Counted from the first letter of the stretch, positions 30,655-42,840 are shown. The stretch is DNA of 64,000 bases from Nitrospirota bacterium (GCA_963741205.1 CAVUHW010000043.1:1-64000); one strand, 5' to 3'. Notes: generated by a model not told the origin, from the sequence alone. Made by a program: numbers and translations.

Positions 30655-31705
30655 ACAGGTCTAAGAAATGGCGCAACCAGGTTCATGGGCTCCTACAAGA
30701 GGTACCTGACAGGACTGGCTGGTCGCCCTGCTTATAAAAAGAAGGCGGGACGGCAGTCCGTCTGGATTACCAGCGAGTTGTTCAGGTTCGTTCCTACTGG
30801 AGGCTCAAAACAGCGGCAGGACAAAACAATATATGAGCACCGGCTGATGCTTGGCACAAAGTCGGTCGATCTGGGCGAACTTAAGTTCAAGGCTCACGAC
30901 GAGTACGGGGTTCCGGCGGCCATCACCATTACCCGGGAGTCCGGGAAATGGTATGTCTCGTTCTCCTATGAGAAGCAAGGCACAGTTATGAGCGAGCAGG
31001 AACTTCTCGAGCTTTACGGCGGCATGTCATCAGAGAGTCTCAATACCGTTACCCTGGGAATGGACCGAGGGGTTGTAATCCCGCTGGCAACGAGCGACGG
31101 CTCGGTGCATGACTTCTCCGGCATACAAAAAGAGCGACTGGCAAAAAAGGATGCCCGGAAGAAGAGATATCAGAGACAAATGGCGAGGCGGATCAAAGGA
31201 TCCGGCCGCTTTAAGCAATCAGCAGCGAAATCAGCCCGGTGCCAGGCGTATGCTGCCAATGTAAGGCATGATTTCGCGCATAAGGCCAGCCGCAAGCTCG
31301 TGGATTCACCCGCGGAGGTGTTCGTCTTCGAGGACCTCAAGGTCAAGAACATGACCAGAGCGCCAAAACCTAGGAAGTCAGCCGGCGGGACGTATATTGA
31401 CGAACGGGGCAAAGGCCAAGGCCGGTCTCAACAAGTCCATACTCGAATCAGCGTGGGGCAAGGTAAAACTCTTTACGACGTACAAAGCCTCGCGACGCAA
31501 CAAGCTCGTAATCGCCATACCGCCGCACGGCACCTCACAGGAGTGTTCGAAGTGTTCGCACACTCACCCGGACAATCGCCAGTCACAGGCGGTGTTCGTT
31601 TGCCAAAGCTGTGGCTTTACGGAAAACGCCGATACCAATGCGTCTCTCGTTATCAAGAAGCGCGGCATAAAAATGCTCGTATCTGGGGAAATCACCGTAA
31701 ACTGA
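30655..31705 (+). mobile_element. tnpB: IS200/IS605-family TnpB remnant, truncated at the 5' end, one frameshift
   Basis: RuvC motifs GMDRG, FEDL and NADTNA plus a CSKC..CQSC zinc finger. The frame starts mid-protein and no tnpA is present. Confidence 0.85.
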
Positions 31706-31744
31706 AATGGATGCGGCTGCTGAAAATTAATGGGGAGGGTAGGA

Positions 31745-31790
31745 AGGAGGCAATGAAAAACCCCCGGATGCTTTCGCATGCCGGGGTTTG
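31745..31790 (-). terminator. Terminator-like hairpin between convergent remnants
   Basis: AAAAACCCCCGG..CCGGGGTTT. Confidence 0.5.
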
Positions 31791-31811
31791 AGGCAGTGCC
31801 ATCCGGTATGG

Positions 31812-32250
31812 CTAGATTTTTTCTATCTTGTAGTTTCCGTCCTTGTCGATCTCGATCTTGGCGTTCAAAAACTTTACCTGATAGCCTTTTTCCTTGAGCT
31901 TGTGGTACGTCATCTCCGCTCTCACACCATTGGCGCAGTGGGTCACGATCAGGACATATTTGCCTTTTTCCGGTCCCATGGCCACGAGCTTCTCGACATC
32001 TGCCGTGTTGATGAGCTTTTCGGGGGGCACCTTGATGGCGATCTTTTCCGAAATGAGGGTGGCAAACTTCTTGCCGTCCTTTTCAATGAACTGGGCATGG
32101 ACCTTTGCCCTTCTTGATGGCGCGGAGCGGCTCCGACGGGTTGGCGGGGTCCGGCTGGACGTTCAAAACTTTCAGCGAGTCCTTGTCGAACCTGAGGATC
32201 TCCGTCACATCGTCGATCTTGATCTGGATGGACTGCGTCTGGTACGCCTA
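31812..32250 (-). pseudogene. Remnant of a multidomain rhodanese-like gene
   Basis: PPEKLINTADVEKLVAMGPEKGKYVLI abuts VTHCANGVRAEM..LKEKGY. No start or RBS is visible. Confidence 0.55.
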
Positions 32251-32449
32251 AGCTACGGGTTTTACTGGATTTACGCAATCTATGGCGAAGACGTAATGTT
32301 CATATATGGCTGCTATCAGATGATATTATAATTGCGGCTTTAGTCTTAGTTAATAGATCGACAAACTATTTAGCAGAAAATGTATTGCGAAGTCATAAGG
32401 GGAAATGGATCGGAATTTACACTGCCTGGTATAATCTGTTAGAAAATCC

Positions 32450-32478
32450 TTGACAATAATGGACTTATCTTATATATT
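32450..32478 (+). promoter_or_regulatory. Sigma70 promoter of the ffh operon
   Basis: TTGACA-N17-TATATT. Confidence 0.65.
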
Positions 32479-32508
32479 CAATATTCTTTTTTGGAGTAGG
32501 TGCGTTCT

Positions 32509-33843
32509 ATGTTTGACTCCCTGACGGGAAAATTAGAGTCTGTTTTCAAGAAGCTCCGGGGCAGGGGCGTTCTCAAGGAAGAAGACGTCAAAGAAGCCCT
32601 GCGCGAGGTGCGCCTTGCGCTCCTTGAGGCTGATGTCAATTTCAAGGTCGTCAAAGACTTCATAGGCCGTGTACAGGAACGGGCCGTAGGCCAAGAGATA
32701 CTGGGCAGCCTCACGCCCGGCCAGCAGGTGGTTAAGATCGTCCACGAGGAACTCGTGGCGCTCCTGGGAGGTACGCAGGTAAAGCTCCACCTTTCGCCGA
32801 ACCCGCCGACGGTAATTATGATGGTAGGGCTTCAGGGGTCCGGTAAGACGACCACCGCGGGCAAGCTGGCGAAGAACTTCAAAAAGGACGGCCGCAGGGT
32901 CCTTCTCGTGCCCGCAGACACGAGCAGGCCGGCAGCGGTCCAGCAACTCATGATCCTGGCAAAACAGGTCGGGGTCGATGCCTACAGATCGGAAGAGAAA
33001 GATCCCATAACCATCTGTGTCGCAGCGGTGAAGCAAGCCGCTTCGTCGCTGTTTGAAATCGTGATCCTCGATACCGCGGGCAGGCTCCAGATCGATGAAC
33101 CGCTCATGGAGGAACTCCGGCAGATCAAGGCCCGGGTGAAGCCCCACGAGACGTTGTTCGTGGCCGATGCCATGACGGGGCAGGAAGCCGTAAACATCGC
33201 GACAAAGTTCAATGCCGACCTCGGGTTTGACGGCGTGGTATTGACCAAGCTCGACGGCGACGCCCGGGGCGGCGCGGCCCTCTCGGTCAGGGCGGTGACC
33301 GGCAAGCCGCTGAAGTTCGTGGGCATGGGCGAGAAGCTCGATGCCCTCGAACCCTTCCATCCGGACCGCATGGCCTCGCGCATCCTCGGCATGGGCGACG
33401 TGATGTCGCTTATCGAGAAGGCGCAGGAGAGCGTCAACCGTGAAGAAGCGCTCGAGCTTGCGAAGAAGCTCAAGAAAAACTCTTTCGACCTGGACGACTT
33501 CCGAAACCAGCTGAAGCAGGTGAAAAAACTCGGCGGTCTTGAGCAGATCATGGGCATGATCCCCGGGATGGGCAAGATGAAGCTCCCGGATACGCAGGTG
33601 AACGAGAAGGAACTGACGAAGGTTGATGCGATCATCAGCTCCATGACCCCGAAGGAGCGGAGGGACTACACCCTCGTTAACGGCAGCCGCAGGGCCCGCA
33701 TCGCCAAAGGCAGCGGCACCCAGGTGCAGGACGTGAACCGGCTCCTCAAGCAGTTCGCCGAGATGCGAAAGATGATGAAGTCCATGACGAGCGGCAAGAT
33801 GGGGAAGATGGGCAGGATGCTGGGAGGCAGGATGCCGTTTTAA
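32509..33843 (+). CDS. ffh: Signal recognition particle protein
   Basis: GLQGSGKTT, DTAGR, TKLDGDARGGAALS and a Met-rich M domain. Confidence 0.98.
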   Translation: MFDSLTGKLESVFKKLRGRGVLKEEDVKEALREVRLALLEADVNFKVVKDFIGRVQERAVGQEILGSLTPGQQVVKIVHEELVALLGGTQVKLHLSPNPPTVIMMVGLQGSGKTTTAGKLAKNFKKDGRRVLLVPADTSRPAAVQQLMILAKQVGVDAYRSEEKDPITICVAAVKQAASSLFEIVILDTAGRLQIDEPLMEELRQIKARVKPHETLFVADAMTGQEAVNIATKFNADLGFDGVVLTKLDGDARGGAALSVRAVTGKPLKFVGMGEKLDALEPFHPDRMASRILGMGDVMSLIEKAQESVNREEALELAKKLKKNSFDLDDFRNQLKQVKKLGGLEQIMGMIPGMGKMKLPDTQVNEKELTKVDAIISSMTPKERRDYTLVNGSRRARIAKGSGTQVQDVNRLLKQFAEMRKMMKSMTSGKMGKMGRMLGGRMPF

Positions 33844-33855
33844 GAAGGATCCCTA

Positions 33856-33940
33856 TTTACCACTAAGACACTAAGACACGAAGAAAAGAGTTTGCTGTAA
33901 ATCTTGTTTTCCCTTAGTGACTTTGTGCCTTCGTGGTAAA
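33856..33940. repeat. Inverted 8-mer tandem-repeat element with no gene inside
   Basis: TTTAC(CACTAAGA)2CACGAAG ... CTTAGTGA CTTTGTGC CTTCGTGGTAAA. Confidence 0.8.
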
Positions 33941-33974
33941 GAATTAAGTATCTTTAGAAGAAAGAGGTGAAACA

Positions 33975-34238
33975 ATGTCAGTACGAATCAGACTCAAGAG
34001 AATGGGGACCCACAAGAAGCCCTACTACCGGCTGGTGGTAGCGGATTCCCGGTCGCCGAGAGACGGCCGTTTCATCGAGATGGTCGGCACCTACGATCCG
34101 CTCAAAAAACCGGCGGAGATCAAGGTCGACCAGGCCAAAGCTCTGGGCTGGCTCAAGAAGGGTGCGGTTCCGTCCGATACGGTGAAGACCCTGCTTTCCA
34201 AGGTCGGGGTCATGAAGCAGCACGCGGAAGCGAAGTAA
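33975..34238 (+). CDS. rpsP: 30S ribosomal protein S16
   Basis: [30 protein letters not shown]. Confidence 0.98.
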   Translation: MSVRIRLKRMGTHKKPYYRLVVADSRSPRDGRFIEMVGTYDPLKKPAEIKVDQAKALGWLKKGAVPSDTVKTLLSKVGVMKQHAEAK

Positions 34239-34285
34239 GCCCGCAGCTGTGCAAGCCTTGCAAGCGTTACAGGCGGCGGCAAGCT

Positions 34286-34801
34286 ATGTGGTCCATGCTC
34301 ATAACCATCGGCAAAGCGGTCAAGCCCTTCGGCGTCAAAGGCGAGATGAAGATCGAGCCCATGACGGATTTTCCGGAGCGGTTCACGGGTTTACGCCGTG
34401 TGTATCTTGTTTCTCCTGCGGGCAAAGAGATCGTCTGCGAAGTGAAATCGGTACGGTACGCGGGCGGCGCGCCAGTTCCTTCTCTTCAGCGGTTATGATT
34501 CTCCCGAGAAAGGCGAAGGACGATGAACGGGTGGTTCATCAAGGTCCCGGAGGAAGAGGCGATTCCTCTCCCCGAAGGCACTTACTACTGGTTCGAGCTC
34601 ATCGGCATGGAGGTCGTTTCCGAGACCGGTGAGAAGCTCGGCACCATCGTGGACATCTTCGAGACCGGCAGCAATGATGTTTACGTACTGAAGCGAGGCA
34701 GGAAGGAAACCTACATTCCCGCGACCCGCGAAGTTATCAGACAGGTCGACAAGCAGGCAAAGCGGATGACCATTCGCGTGCCGGAAGGTCTGTTGGAATA
34801 A
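34286..34801 (+). CDS. rimM: Ribosome maturation factor RimM (frameshifted)
   Basis: IGK...[14 protein letters not shown] and TGSNDV, in the expected position. Confidence 0.93.
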
Positions 34802-34824
34802 ACGGTTATACGGCCCCGTCTCCT

Positions 34825-35580
34825 ATGCGAAGATTAAACTTTGAGGTGCTTACCCTGTTCCCCGGGATCCTCGCGGGTCCGCTGAACGAGAGCATCCTGA
34901 AACGCGCGCAGGAAAAGGGGCTGCTCACGGTAACGGTCCGGAACATCCGGGACTATGCCGAAGACAAGCACCATACCGCAGATGACAGTCCCTACGGCGG
35001 CGGGGCCGGGATGGTGCTTAAACCCGAGCCGATCTTCAAGGCCTTCGAAGCCATGAAGGCCGGGCATCCGGGAGAAGAATTTCACACGGTCCTGCTCTCC
35101 CCTCAGGGCAAGGTCCTGAATCAGCAGCGGGCGGAACAGCTCTCCGAAGAACAACGAAGGATTGTTCTTCTTTGCGGCCACTACGAGGCGATCGACGAGC
35201 GCGTACGTGAGGTCCTGGTCGACGAAGAGCTCTCGATCGGGGATTATGTTCTGACAGGCGGCGAGCTTGCGGCCCTCGTCGTGATCGACTCCGTGGCCCG
35301 GCTCCTGCCGGGTGTCCTTGGAGACGAGGAGTCAGCGTACCGGGATTCCTTCGGAGATGGGCTGCTTGACCATCCGCACTATACGCGGCCGGCCGAGTTT
35401 CGCGGTATGAACGTTCCCGACGTGCTCCTTTCCGGCAATCACGCCGAGATCGAGAAGTGGCGCCGCCGCGAGGCGCTCAAGGCCACGCTCGTAAAGAGGC
35501 CGGAGCTGCTGGCGACCGCTGACTTGACGGATGAGGACGAACGGGTGTTGGAAGAGTTGAAACGGAGTGAGCACCAATAA
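34825..35580 (+). CDS. trmD: tRNA (guanine-N1)-methyltransferase
   Basis: [22 protein letters not shown] and PHYTRP. Confidence 0.98.
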   Translation: MRRLNFEVLTLFPGILAGPLNESILKRAQEKGLLTVTVRNIRDYAEDKHHTADDSPYGGGAGMVLKPEPIFKAFEAMKAGHPGEEFHTVLLSPQGKVLNQQRAEQLSEEQRRIVLLCGHYEAIDERVREVLVDEELSIGDYVLTGGELAALVVIDSVARLLPGVLGDEESAYRDSFGDGLLDHPHYTRPAEFRGMNVPDVLLSGNHAEIEKWRRREALKATLVKRPELLATADLTDEDERVLEELKRSEHQ

Positions 35581-35672
35581 CCAAGCATCAAATAACAAAT
35601 AATTTCCAATAACCGAAATTCAAATTTGGCATTTGGAATATATTTGTAATTTGGATTTTGAAATTTGGAATT
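35572..35672. repeat. Inverted 7-mer tandem-repeat element
   Basis: TAACCAA GCATCAA ATAACAA ... TTGGATT TTGAAAT TTGGAAT. Confidence 0.7.
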
Positions 35673-35694
35673 TATCAGTACCGGGAGGTTTGCA

Positions 35695-36090
35695 ATGAAT
35701 ATCGTACAGTCCTTGGAAAAGGCACAATTAAAAGAAGGGATACCGAGCTTCCGCGTCGGCGACACCATCCGCGTTCATGCGAAGGTTGTGGAAGGCGACA
35801 AGGAGAGAATCCAGGTATTCGAAGGCCTCGTGATCGGCCGCCAGGGCGCCGGCGCGCGCGAAATCATCAGGGTCCGCAAGCTGTCCTACGGCGTGGGCGT
35901 CGAGAGGCTCTTTCCGCTCCACTCTCCCATGATCGACAAGATCGAGCTTGCCAAGGAAGGCAAGGTCCGCAGGGCAAAGCTCTATTTCCTGAGAGAGCTG
36001 CGCGGCAAGGCCGCCAGGATCAAGGAAAAAGAGCGCGTCTTTGCGGCAGTCGCCGGGGCATCGGTGCCGGATCCGACAGAACAGAAATAG
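35695..36090 (+). CDS. rplS: 50S ribosomal protein L19
   Basis: [14 protein letters not shown] and [12 protein letters not shown]. Confidence 0.98.
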   Translation: MNIVQSLEKAQLKEGIPSFRVGDTIRVHAKVVEGDKERIQVFEGLVIGRQGAGAREIIRVRKLSYGVGVERLFPLHSPMIDKIELAKEGKVRRAKLYFLRELRGKAARIKEKERVFAAVAGASVPDPTEQK

Positions 36091-36099
36091 CCGCTGCAA

Positions 36100-36190
36100 C
36101 AAGCACGAAGCATGAACATCGAAATCCTAAACGAATTACGGTGATACATCGGGTCCGTTTAGGATTTCGTATTTTGAAATTCGGATTTAT
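36100..36190. repeat. Inverted 7-mer tandem-repeat element
   Basis: GCACGAA GCATGAA CATCGAA ATCCTAAAC ... GTTTAGGAT TTCGTAT TTTGAAA TTCGGAT. Confidence 0.72.
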
Positions 36191-36207
36191 CTTCGCAAGA
36201 GGTGGAT

Positions 36208-36901
36208 ATGCCTCGTGGCCGTCCCCGCCGGGAGAAACCTCATCCGGGCCGAACCGACGATCTCTTCGGCGGCGAAATCGCGTGCGACCCGCTGTTCTTT
36301 GAAAGGCGCGCGAGAGAGGCAGACTTCACCTGCATCGCGGGGCTGGATGAGGCCGGCAGGGGACCGCTGGCCGGGCCGGTAGTGGCCGCAGCCGTTGTGC
36401 TTCCCGAGGGGCTGCTGATCCCGGGGCTTACTGACTCCAAACAGGTGTCCGAGGCCGGAACGGGAGCGGCTCTTCGAGGTGATCCGCGAGCAAGCGGTGT
36501 GTTATGGCGTCGGCATCGCAGACGAACGGACCATCGATGAGGTGAACGTTCTTCAGGCGACCATTATCGCCATGGAGCGGGCGCTCGAACCTCTTATGCC
36601 GAGGCCCGACTACCTCCTTCTTGATGCGCTCACACTCCCGCGTGTTCCGCTCCCTCAAAAGCCGCTCATCAAAGGCGACGTCCGCAGCCACAGTATTGCG
36701 GCGGCCTCTATCCTTGCCAAAGTGACCCGCGACCGATTGATGCTCGACCTGCATGAACGGTTTCCCCAGTACAATTTTAAAGGGCATAAAGGCTATGGGA
36801 CCCGCGAGCACCTGGAACTGATACGGAGGCACGGTCCCTGCGAAGCGCACCGCAAGACGTTTCATCCCATTGCACAGATGCTTGCGGCAGAGCGGCCATG
36901 A
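36208..36901 (+). CDS. rnhB: Ribonuclease HII (frameshifted)
   Basis: [29 protein letters not shown] and HKGYGT. Confidence 0.96.
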
Positions 36902-37272
36902 GCCTTTTGCGGAAAATTCTCGGGCAGGAAGGCGAGGATCGCGCCGCCCGGTATCTGGAGAAGCAGGGCTACAAGGTCCTCGAGCGTAATTACCGCACCC
37001 CGAGCGGCGAGATCGACCTCATCGCCCTGCACCAGGGGACGGTGGTGTTCGTGGAGGTCAAGACGAGGACGAATGACGCCTTCGGCGCGCCGGAACTCGC
37101 GGTCACGCCGCAGAAGCAGCGCCGCATGGTCAAGGCGGCGCTGGGATACCTCAAACACAGGAAGTTTCACCAGGTCCCGTGCCGGTTTGACGTCGTGGCC
37201 ATCAGCGCCGCGACAGAGAAAGAAGTGGAACTCATCCAAAACGCCTTTGAAATGGACCGGACGCGCTGGTGA
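36898..37272 (+). CDS. yraN: YraN/UPF0102 family protein
   Basis: GEIDLI, FVEVKTR and RFDVV. Confidence 0.92.
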   Translation: MSLLRKILGQEGEDRAARYLEKQGYKVLERNYRTPSGEIDLIALHQGTVVFVEVKTRTNDAFGAPELAVTPQKQRRMVKAALGYLKHRKFHQVPCRFDVVAISAATEKEVELIQNAFEMDRTRW

Positions 37273-37282
37273 TGGAGTTACC

Positions 37283-37741
37283 GTGATCGATTTGCTGAAG
37301 AAGATATCCTTGTTCGAGAACCTCACGGCAATGGAGCTCGGCAAGATCCAGAAAATCGCGAGGAAGGAGAAGCACGCCAAGGACTCCGTCCTGTTCCTCG
37401 AGGGCGACCCCGGCGACCGGTGCTACATGATAACCGCCGGGGAGGTGCGCATCAGCAAATTCATCCAGAACATCGGCGAGGAGGCCCTGGCCGTGCTCAA
37501 GGCGGGAGACTACTTCGGAGAAATGGCCCTGATCGACAACTTCCCGCGTTCGGCTCACGCCATTGCCAATACGGACATCGAAGTATTCGCGATCGGCAAA
37601 ACGGACCTGGACAAGATCCTTATCATGGACCGGGACCTGGGATACAAGCTGTTCTGGTCGTTCACGAGGACCCTGTCGAAACGCTTACGGGAAACGAATG
37701 AAAAAATGGCGGGCTTTCTGGCCCTGTCCGGGGGGTTCTGA
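37283..37741 (+). CDS. Stand-alone cyclic-nucleotide-binding protein
   Basis: EGDPGD and FGEMALID..PRSA, with no HTH. Confidence 0.88.
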   Translation: MIDLLKKISLFENLTAMELGKIQKIARKEKHAKDSVLFLEGDPGDRCYMITAGEVRISKFIQNIGEEALAVLKAGDYFGEMALIDNFPRSAHAIANTDIEVFAIGKTDLDKILIMDRDLGYKLFWSFTRTLSKRLRETNEKMAGFLALSGGF

Positions 37742-37817
37742 CGTATACGCTGTTGCCAGCGTCCGCGCCAAGTGGTATAGTAACTGAGCCTCGTTCATCA
37801 GTTTCCGTTAGAATCTC

Positions 37818-39188
37818 GTGCCAAAGCAATCATACAAAATAGGAATGGTCAGCCTTGGCTGCCCCAAGAACCAGGTTGATGCCGAGCAGATGCTGGGCGT
37901 GCTCGCGGCCTCGGGCTTCGAGATCACGCCGGAGCAAAGCGAAGCCGATGTGATCATCGTGAACACCTGCGGGTTCATCGAGTCCGCCAAGGAAGAATCC
38001 ATCGAGGCGGTCCTCGACGCCGCGCGAGATGAAGACAAACGGCAAGTGCGCGAAGGTCATCATCGCGGGCTGCCTTGCCCAGCGGTACCGGGAAGAGCTT
38101 TTACGGGAACTGCCCGAGGCGGACGCCGTCATCGGCACGGCCGCGATCGGCGGGATCGCCGAGATATGCCGGGATGCGTTGGCCGGTCATGAACAGATGC
38201 TCAAGGTATCGTCGCCCGCCATGGTCTACGGCCTTCCGCGCCTCTCGACGACGCCCCGCCACTACCGCTACCTCAAGATCGCGGAAGGGTGCAGCAACCG
38301 GTGTTCCTACTGCGCCATACCGATGATCCGGGGAGATTTCAAAAGCAGGCCCTCGGCGTCCATCATCGAGGAAGCTCGCCGGCTTGCCGGCGAAGGCGCC
38401 AGGGAACTGATACTTCTCGCGCAGGACTCTACCGCGTACCGTGACGGCAAGGCTGATCTCGCCACGCTGCTGAAACGCCTGACGCGGGTCCATGGCATAG
38501 AATGGGTCAGGCCTGATGTACGCTTACCCCGGACGGATCAGCGAGGAACTCATGTCCGTCATCGCCGAGGAGGAGAAGATCTGCAAGTACCTGGACATCC
38601 CGATCCAGCACTTTGACGACAAGGTGCTTTCCGCCATGAACCGGCGCGGGTCGTCCGGGGACATCCGGAAAACGATCGAGCGGCTCCGGAAGCGCGTACC
38701 GGGCATTGCGCTCCGCACCTCTCTCATCGTCGGGATTTCCCGGAGAGACCGAGGCGGCGTTCAAGCGGCTCCTGTCCTTCGTGAAGGAAGCGGAGTTCGA
38801 GCACCTGGGCGTTTTCACCTATTCTCCCGAGGAGGGGACGGCCGCCAGCGGGTTCGAACCCCGGGTCCCGGGTGAAGTTGCGGCGGACCGGCTTCACGCG
38901 GTCATGAAGGCCCAGTCGAAGATCTCGCTTAAGAAGAATCGCACCTTGATCGGCTCGACGCGGCGGGTGCTCATTGACGGCATGGAAGACATGGCGCTTA
39001 TGGGCAGGCTGCCGACACAGGCGCCGGAAATAGACGGCATGGTGTACCTCTCCGAGACCGAGGCGGAGGCCGGAGAATTTGTCGACGTCATCATCACCGA
39101 CGCGACGGAATATGATTTGATGGGTACGGCGGAAAACAGTCAAAAGAATTTGCCACAGAGAACACAGAGATCACAGAGAAAGGGTTAA
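37818..39188 (+). CDS. rimO: Ribosomal protein S12 methylthiotransferase (frameshifted)
   Basis: [28 protein letters not shown] and APEIDG. Confidence 0.95.
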
Positions 39189-39277
39189 ACCAAAGACAAC
39201 CGGACGAGGATTTGTTTTTTGGCCTGACTTCTGTCACTATTTTCTTCCTCTGTGTACTCTGTGACCTCTGTGGCAAA
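39149..39277. repeat. Inverted 9-mer tandem-repeat element with no gene inside, overlapping the rimO 3' end
   Basis: TTTGC(CACAGAGAA/T)3 ... CTCTGTGTA CTCTGTGAC CTCTGTGGCAAA. Confidence 0.85.
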
Positions 39278-39307
39278 GATTTTATACTAAATACTGGAAG
39301 GGACCTT

Positions 39308-40517
39308 ATGGATACCGACAATCAATCATCAAACACGGCGGACAGCGAAGAGAGCTTCGCTGACATGTTCGAGAAGAGCTTCAAGAAACACGGTCCGGCT
39401 CGAGCCCGGCCAGATGGTCGAGGCGCAGATCGTGAAAATCTCGGCGGAGTGGATCTTCCTGGATCTCGGCGGCAAGGGAGAGGGGTATCTCGACAAGAAG
39501 GAGATGACGGACGAGGCCGGAAAGCTCACGGTCAAGGAAGGGGACAGGGTCCGCGCCTACTTCGTGACGTCGGAAAACAATGAGATGCATTTTACGGCGA
39601 AGATTGGGACGGGGCCCGGAAAGCAAAGCCAGCTCGAAGACGCATGGCGAAACGGCATCCCCGTGGACGGCACGGTGGTGAAGGAAATGAAGGGAGGATT
39701 CGAGATCAAGATCGCGGGCAGCGTGCGCGCCTTCTGTCCCTTTTCCCAGATGGGCCTTCGCAGGGGAGAACCGCAGGCTGAATACATAGGCCGGTCCCTG
39801 CCCTTCAAGATCATCGAATTCACAGAGGGCGGGCGCAACATCGTCGTGTCGCGGAAGCCTATCCTGGAGAAGGAGCGGCAGGACAAAGTGGCTGCGTTAA
39901 AAGAGAAGCTGACGGAAGGAATGAAGTTGAACGGCACCGTGACCTCCATTCAGAATTTCGGCGCTTTTGTGGATATCGGCGGGATCGAGGGGCTCCTGCC
40001 GGTCTCCGAGATCGCCTGGACCAGGACCGAGAAGGTGAGCGACATTCTCTCCGTGGGCCAACGCGTCGAGGTGATCGTCAAAAAGCTCGATTGGGAACAG
40101 AACCGTTTCTCCTTCAGCCTGAAGGATGCGACGCCCGATCCCTGGGAGCGTGTTGCGGATGCGTTTCAGATCGGTTCCTATCACTCGGGGACCGTCTCCC
40201 GTCTTGCGCCCTTCGGCGCCTTCGTGACGCTGAAAGAGGGAGTGGACGGACTCATCCACATCTCGAAGCTGGGGGCCGGCAAAAGGATCAACCATCCGCG
40301 CGAGGTGGTCAAGGAAGGGCAGGCCGTCGAGGTGAAGGTTGAGGCCGTGGACGCCGGACAGAGAAAGCTTTCGCTCTCGCTTGCCGAGATCAGCCGCGCG
40401 GAAGAGGAATCCGCTGCCGATCTCAAGAACTATCAGCAAACGTCCCAAGCCGCCCAGAACATGGGGACAATCGGGGAACTCCTGAAGAGCCGGACGGAGC
40501 CCAAAGAAGAAAAGTAG
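39308..40517 (+). CDS. rpsA: Ribosomal protein S1-like protein with four S1 domains (frameshift near the start)
   Basis: ESFADMFE, RAFCPFSQ, FGAFVDIGGIEGLL and DGLIHISKL. It may be a short S1 paralog. Confidence 0.8.
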
Positions 40518-40654
40518 GAACGGCAGTCAGTCCACACATCCCGCGCGCCCGGTACCTTCGGGCGCGCGACCGCATCATGCCCTCCATCCTGCAACAAGCA
40601 TCACATGCATAATCTCAGAATAGCATCTACTTAATTTCGAATAACAAATAGTTT

Positions 40655-40735
40655 GTCATCCCCGAATGCCTCTATCGGGGATCCATTTTGACGTTCTGAA
40701 AATGGATTCCCGCTCAGATTCGTTGCGGGAATGAC
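40655..40735. repeat. 81-bp palindromic dispersed repeat, copy 2
   Basis: Arms match 7302-7382 while the loops differ. Confidence 0.82.
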
Positions 40736-40947
40736 ATTTCAGCTTGTGCTATTATTCGAGATCTTTATTTCGGGAAAACCTTCTACCTTAGTCATCCCTC
40801 TGCTTTTCACTCGTCGGCACCTACCCGTTCGGGTAGGTCACAACGAGCTATCGATATGCTATCATGGCACCTTCAGCGAACTATCCAGGCATCCACCGTT
40901 CAAAAGAAGATCACCTCGAGTATTTACCGGATCACGACGAATAGAGC

Positions 40948-41241
40948 ATGATGGAAACGCCGAACAGACAGAAAGAGAGCGAGCGCCGACGGGCCACGAT
41001 CCTGTTTGCGGACATTTCCGGTTTCACGGCCATGTCCGAGCGGATGGACCCGGAAGAGGTGACTGCTGTCATGAATGAGTGTTTTCGCCTGATGGGGTCC
41101 ATCGTCGAACGGTACGAGGGAACCATCGACAAATACATCGGGGACTGCGTCATGGCCCTCTTCGGCGTCCCCGTCGCCGTTGAAGACGCGCCTAGGAAAG
41201 CGGTGAACACGGCAATAGAGATCCGTAGAAAAGTCGTTTAA
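40948..41241 (+). pseudogene. Class III adenylate/guanylate cyclase N-terminal fragment, cut by an IS
   Basis: ERRRATILFADISGFT and IDKYIGDCVMALFG, then an abrupt end. Confidence 0.85.
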
Positions 41242-42840
41242 GCAATAAAAAAACCTTGCTGGCCGCTCAAAGAGCGGGTATAAAAGGATTGCTGAGAAGC
41301 AAACCCAATTAACCAACAAGGTGAAAGCATGATACGACAAACCGTCTTCGGATTCAAGCTCGAAAAAACGAGCGAGGAGTTGACCGCCCATGCGGGCATA
41401 GCCCTACTCGCGGAATACAACCGCGGCATGGGACTCCGAGAACTCGCAGATCACCATATGCCGGAACCGGGCAGCAATCGCGGCTATCAGCGCTCGGCAT
41501 TTGTAGACAGTCTGGTCCTGATGCTCCAGGCAGGAGGCCGTCGTCTAGAAGATATGCGGGAGTTACGTCAGGAAACGCCTTTGATTAGGCTGGTTGATCG
41601 GGAAAAGATTACCGACCCCGATACTATTGGGGACTGGCTGCGCCGCATGGGAGACCGAAAGAACAACCAGATAGGGTTGATTGGCCTCGAACAGATCGGG
41701 ACATTGTTAATCATCGGATACTGCGACGAGACCCCCTATTGGATTACACGCTCGATATGGACGCCATGCAGGTAGAGGCGGAAAAAGCGGACGCTCGATT
41801 TACTTACAAGGGCGACAAAGGGTATATGCCGATGCTGGGGTTTCTGTTCGAGCCTGCCATTTGCCTGCTGGATGAATTTCGGGAAGGCAAAGAACGACGA
41901 GACGACGGTTATGTGGCGTTTTACTGTTGATGCAAAAAGTGCAGTCCAAAGGCAAGCGGATAGCCCGGACGCGCGCCGACAGCGCGTCCTATCAGGCGGA
42001 GTTCATCAACGAGTTAGAAGAAGACAAGGTGCTGTGGACGATTACGGCGGATAAGGACGCGGCGGTGCAGGGGCTTATCAAAACGATGCCGGAGGAGGCA
42101 TGGAGAGAGCCGAAAAAGGGCTGTGGTTATGAGCTTGCCGAAGCCGTACACACGATGAACAAGACGAAAGCCTCATTCCGGCTGGTGATAAAGCGTGAAC
42201 TTCGGAAGCAGCAGGACCTGTTTGATGCAACCGGTGGAAAGTATCATCACTATGCCGTCGCGTCGAACTGGCCGGAGGAAGAAAAGGATGCACAGGCGGT
42301 GCTAAGCTGGCACAATCAGCGCGGGCAGGCGGAGAACTTCAATAAAGAGCTGAAATACGGTTTCGGCCAGGATCAGATGCCGTGCGGTGAAAGCTACGCC
42401 AATGCGGTGTACTTCCGCATTGGGGCGATCGCCTACAATTTTTTCCTTGGGTTCAAACGGCTTTCCTGCATTGAAACGTGGGCGCGCCATACTATGTCCA
42501 CGTTTCGTTGGAAGCTGGTTCAGATTGCCGGGCGGATTGTACATCATGCGGGACGAGTCATCCTCAAGTTGGCGGTAGGTGATGATAAATTTGGGTTGTT
42601 TCAGCGCATCAGGCAGGGCTGTTATGAGGTAAGTCTGGCGCCCTAGCGGGCTAAAGAGCCAAGGGCAAGAAATATCGCGGGATCAGTGCGCCCTCGTTGG
42701 GGAATTTGAGTGAAAAAGTCACTGCGAAGTGAATCAGGGCTGCTCTTTGAGGTTGATGTGAAGTAGAACCGGCGAGCGGATTTCAAAAAAACCGGTCGCA
42801 GAAGCCTCAAGAGGGCCTGCGCAATTTCTATCATCTAAGG
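41223..42840 (+). mobile_element. IS1380-family insertion sequence (transposase at 41329-42646, frameshifted)
   Basis: LTAHAG, LDMDA, YKGDKGYMP, RADSA and NQRGQAENFNKELK. The ends are tentative (CCGTAGA / TCTAAGG). Confidence 0.85.

Noticed and set aside
30685-31791. TnpB as a novel Cas12 effector
   Set aside because: No array or cas genes are nearby and the N-terminus is missing.
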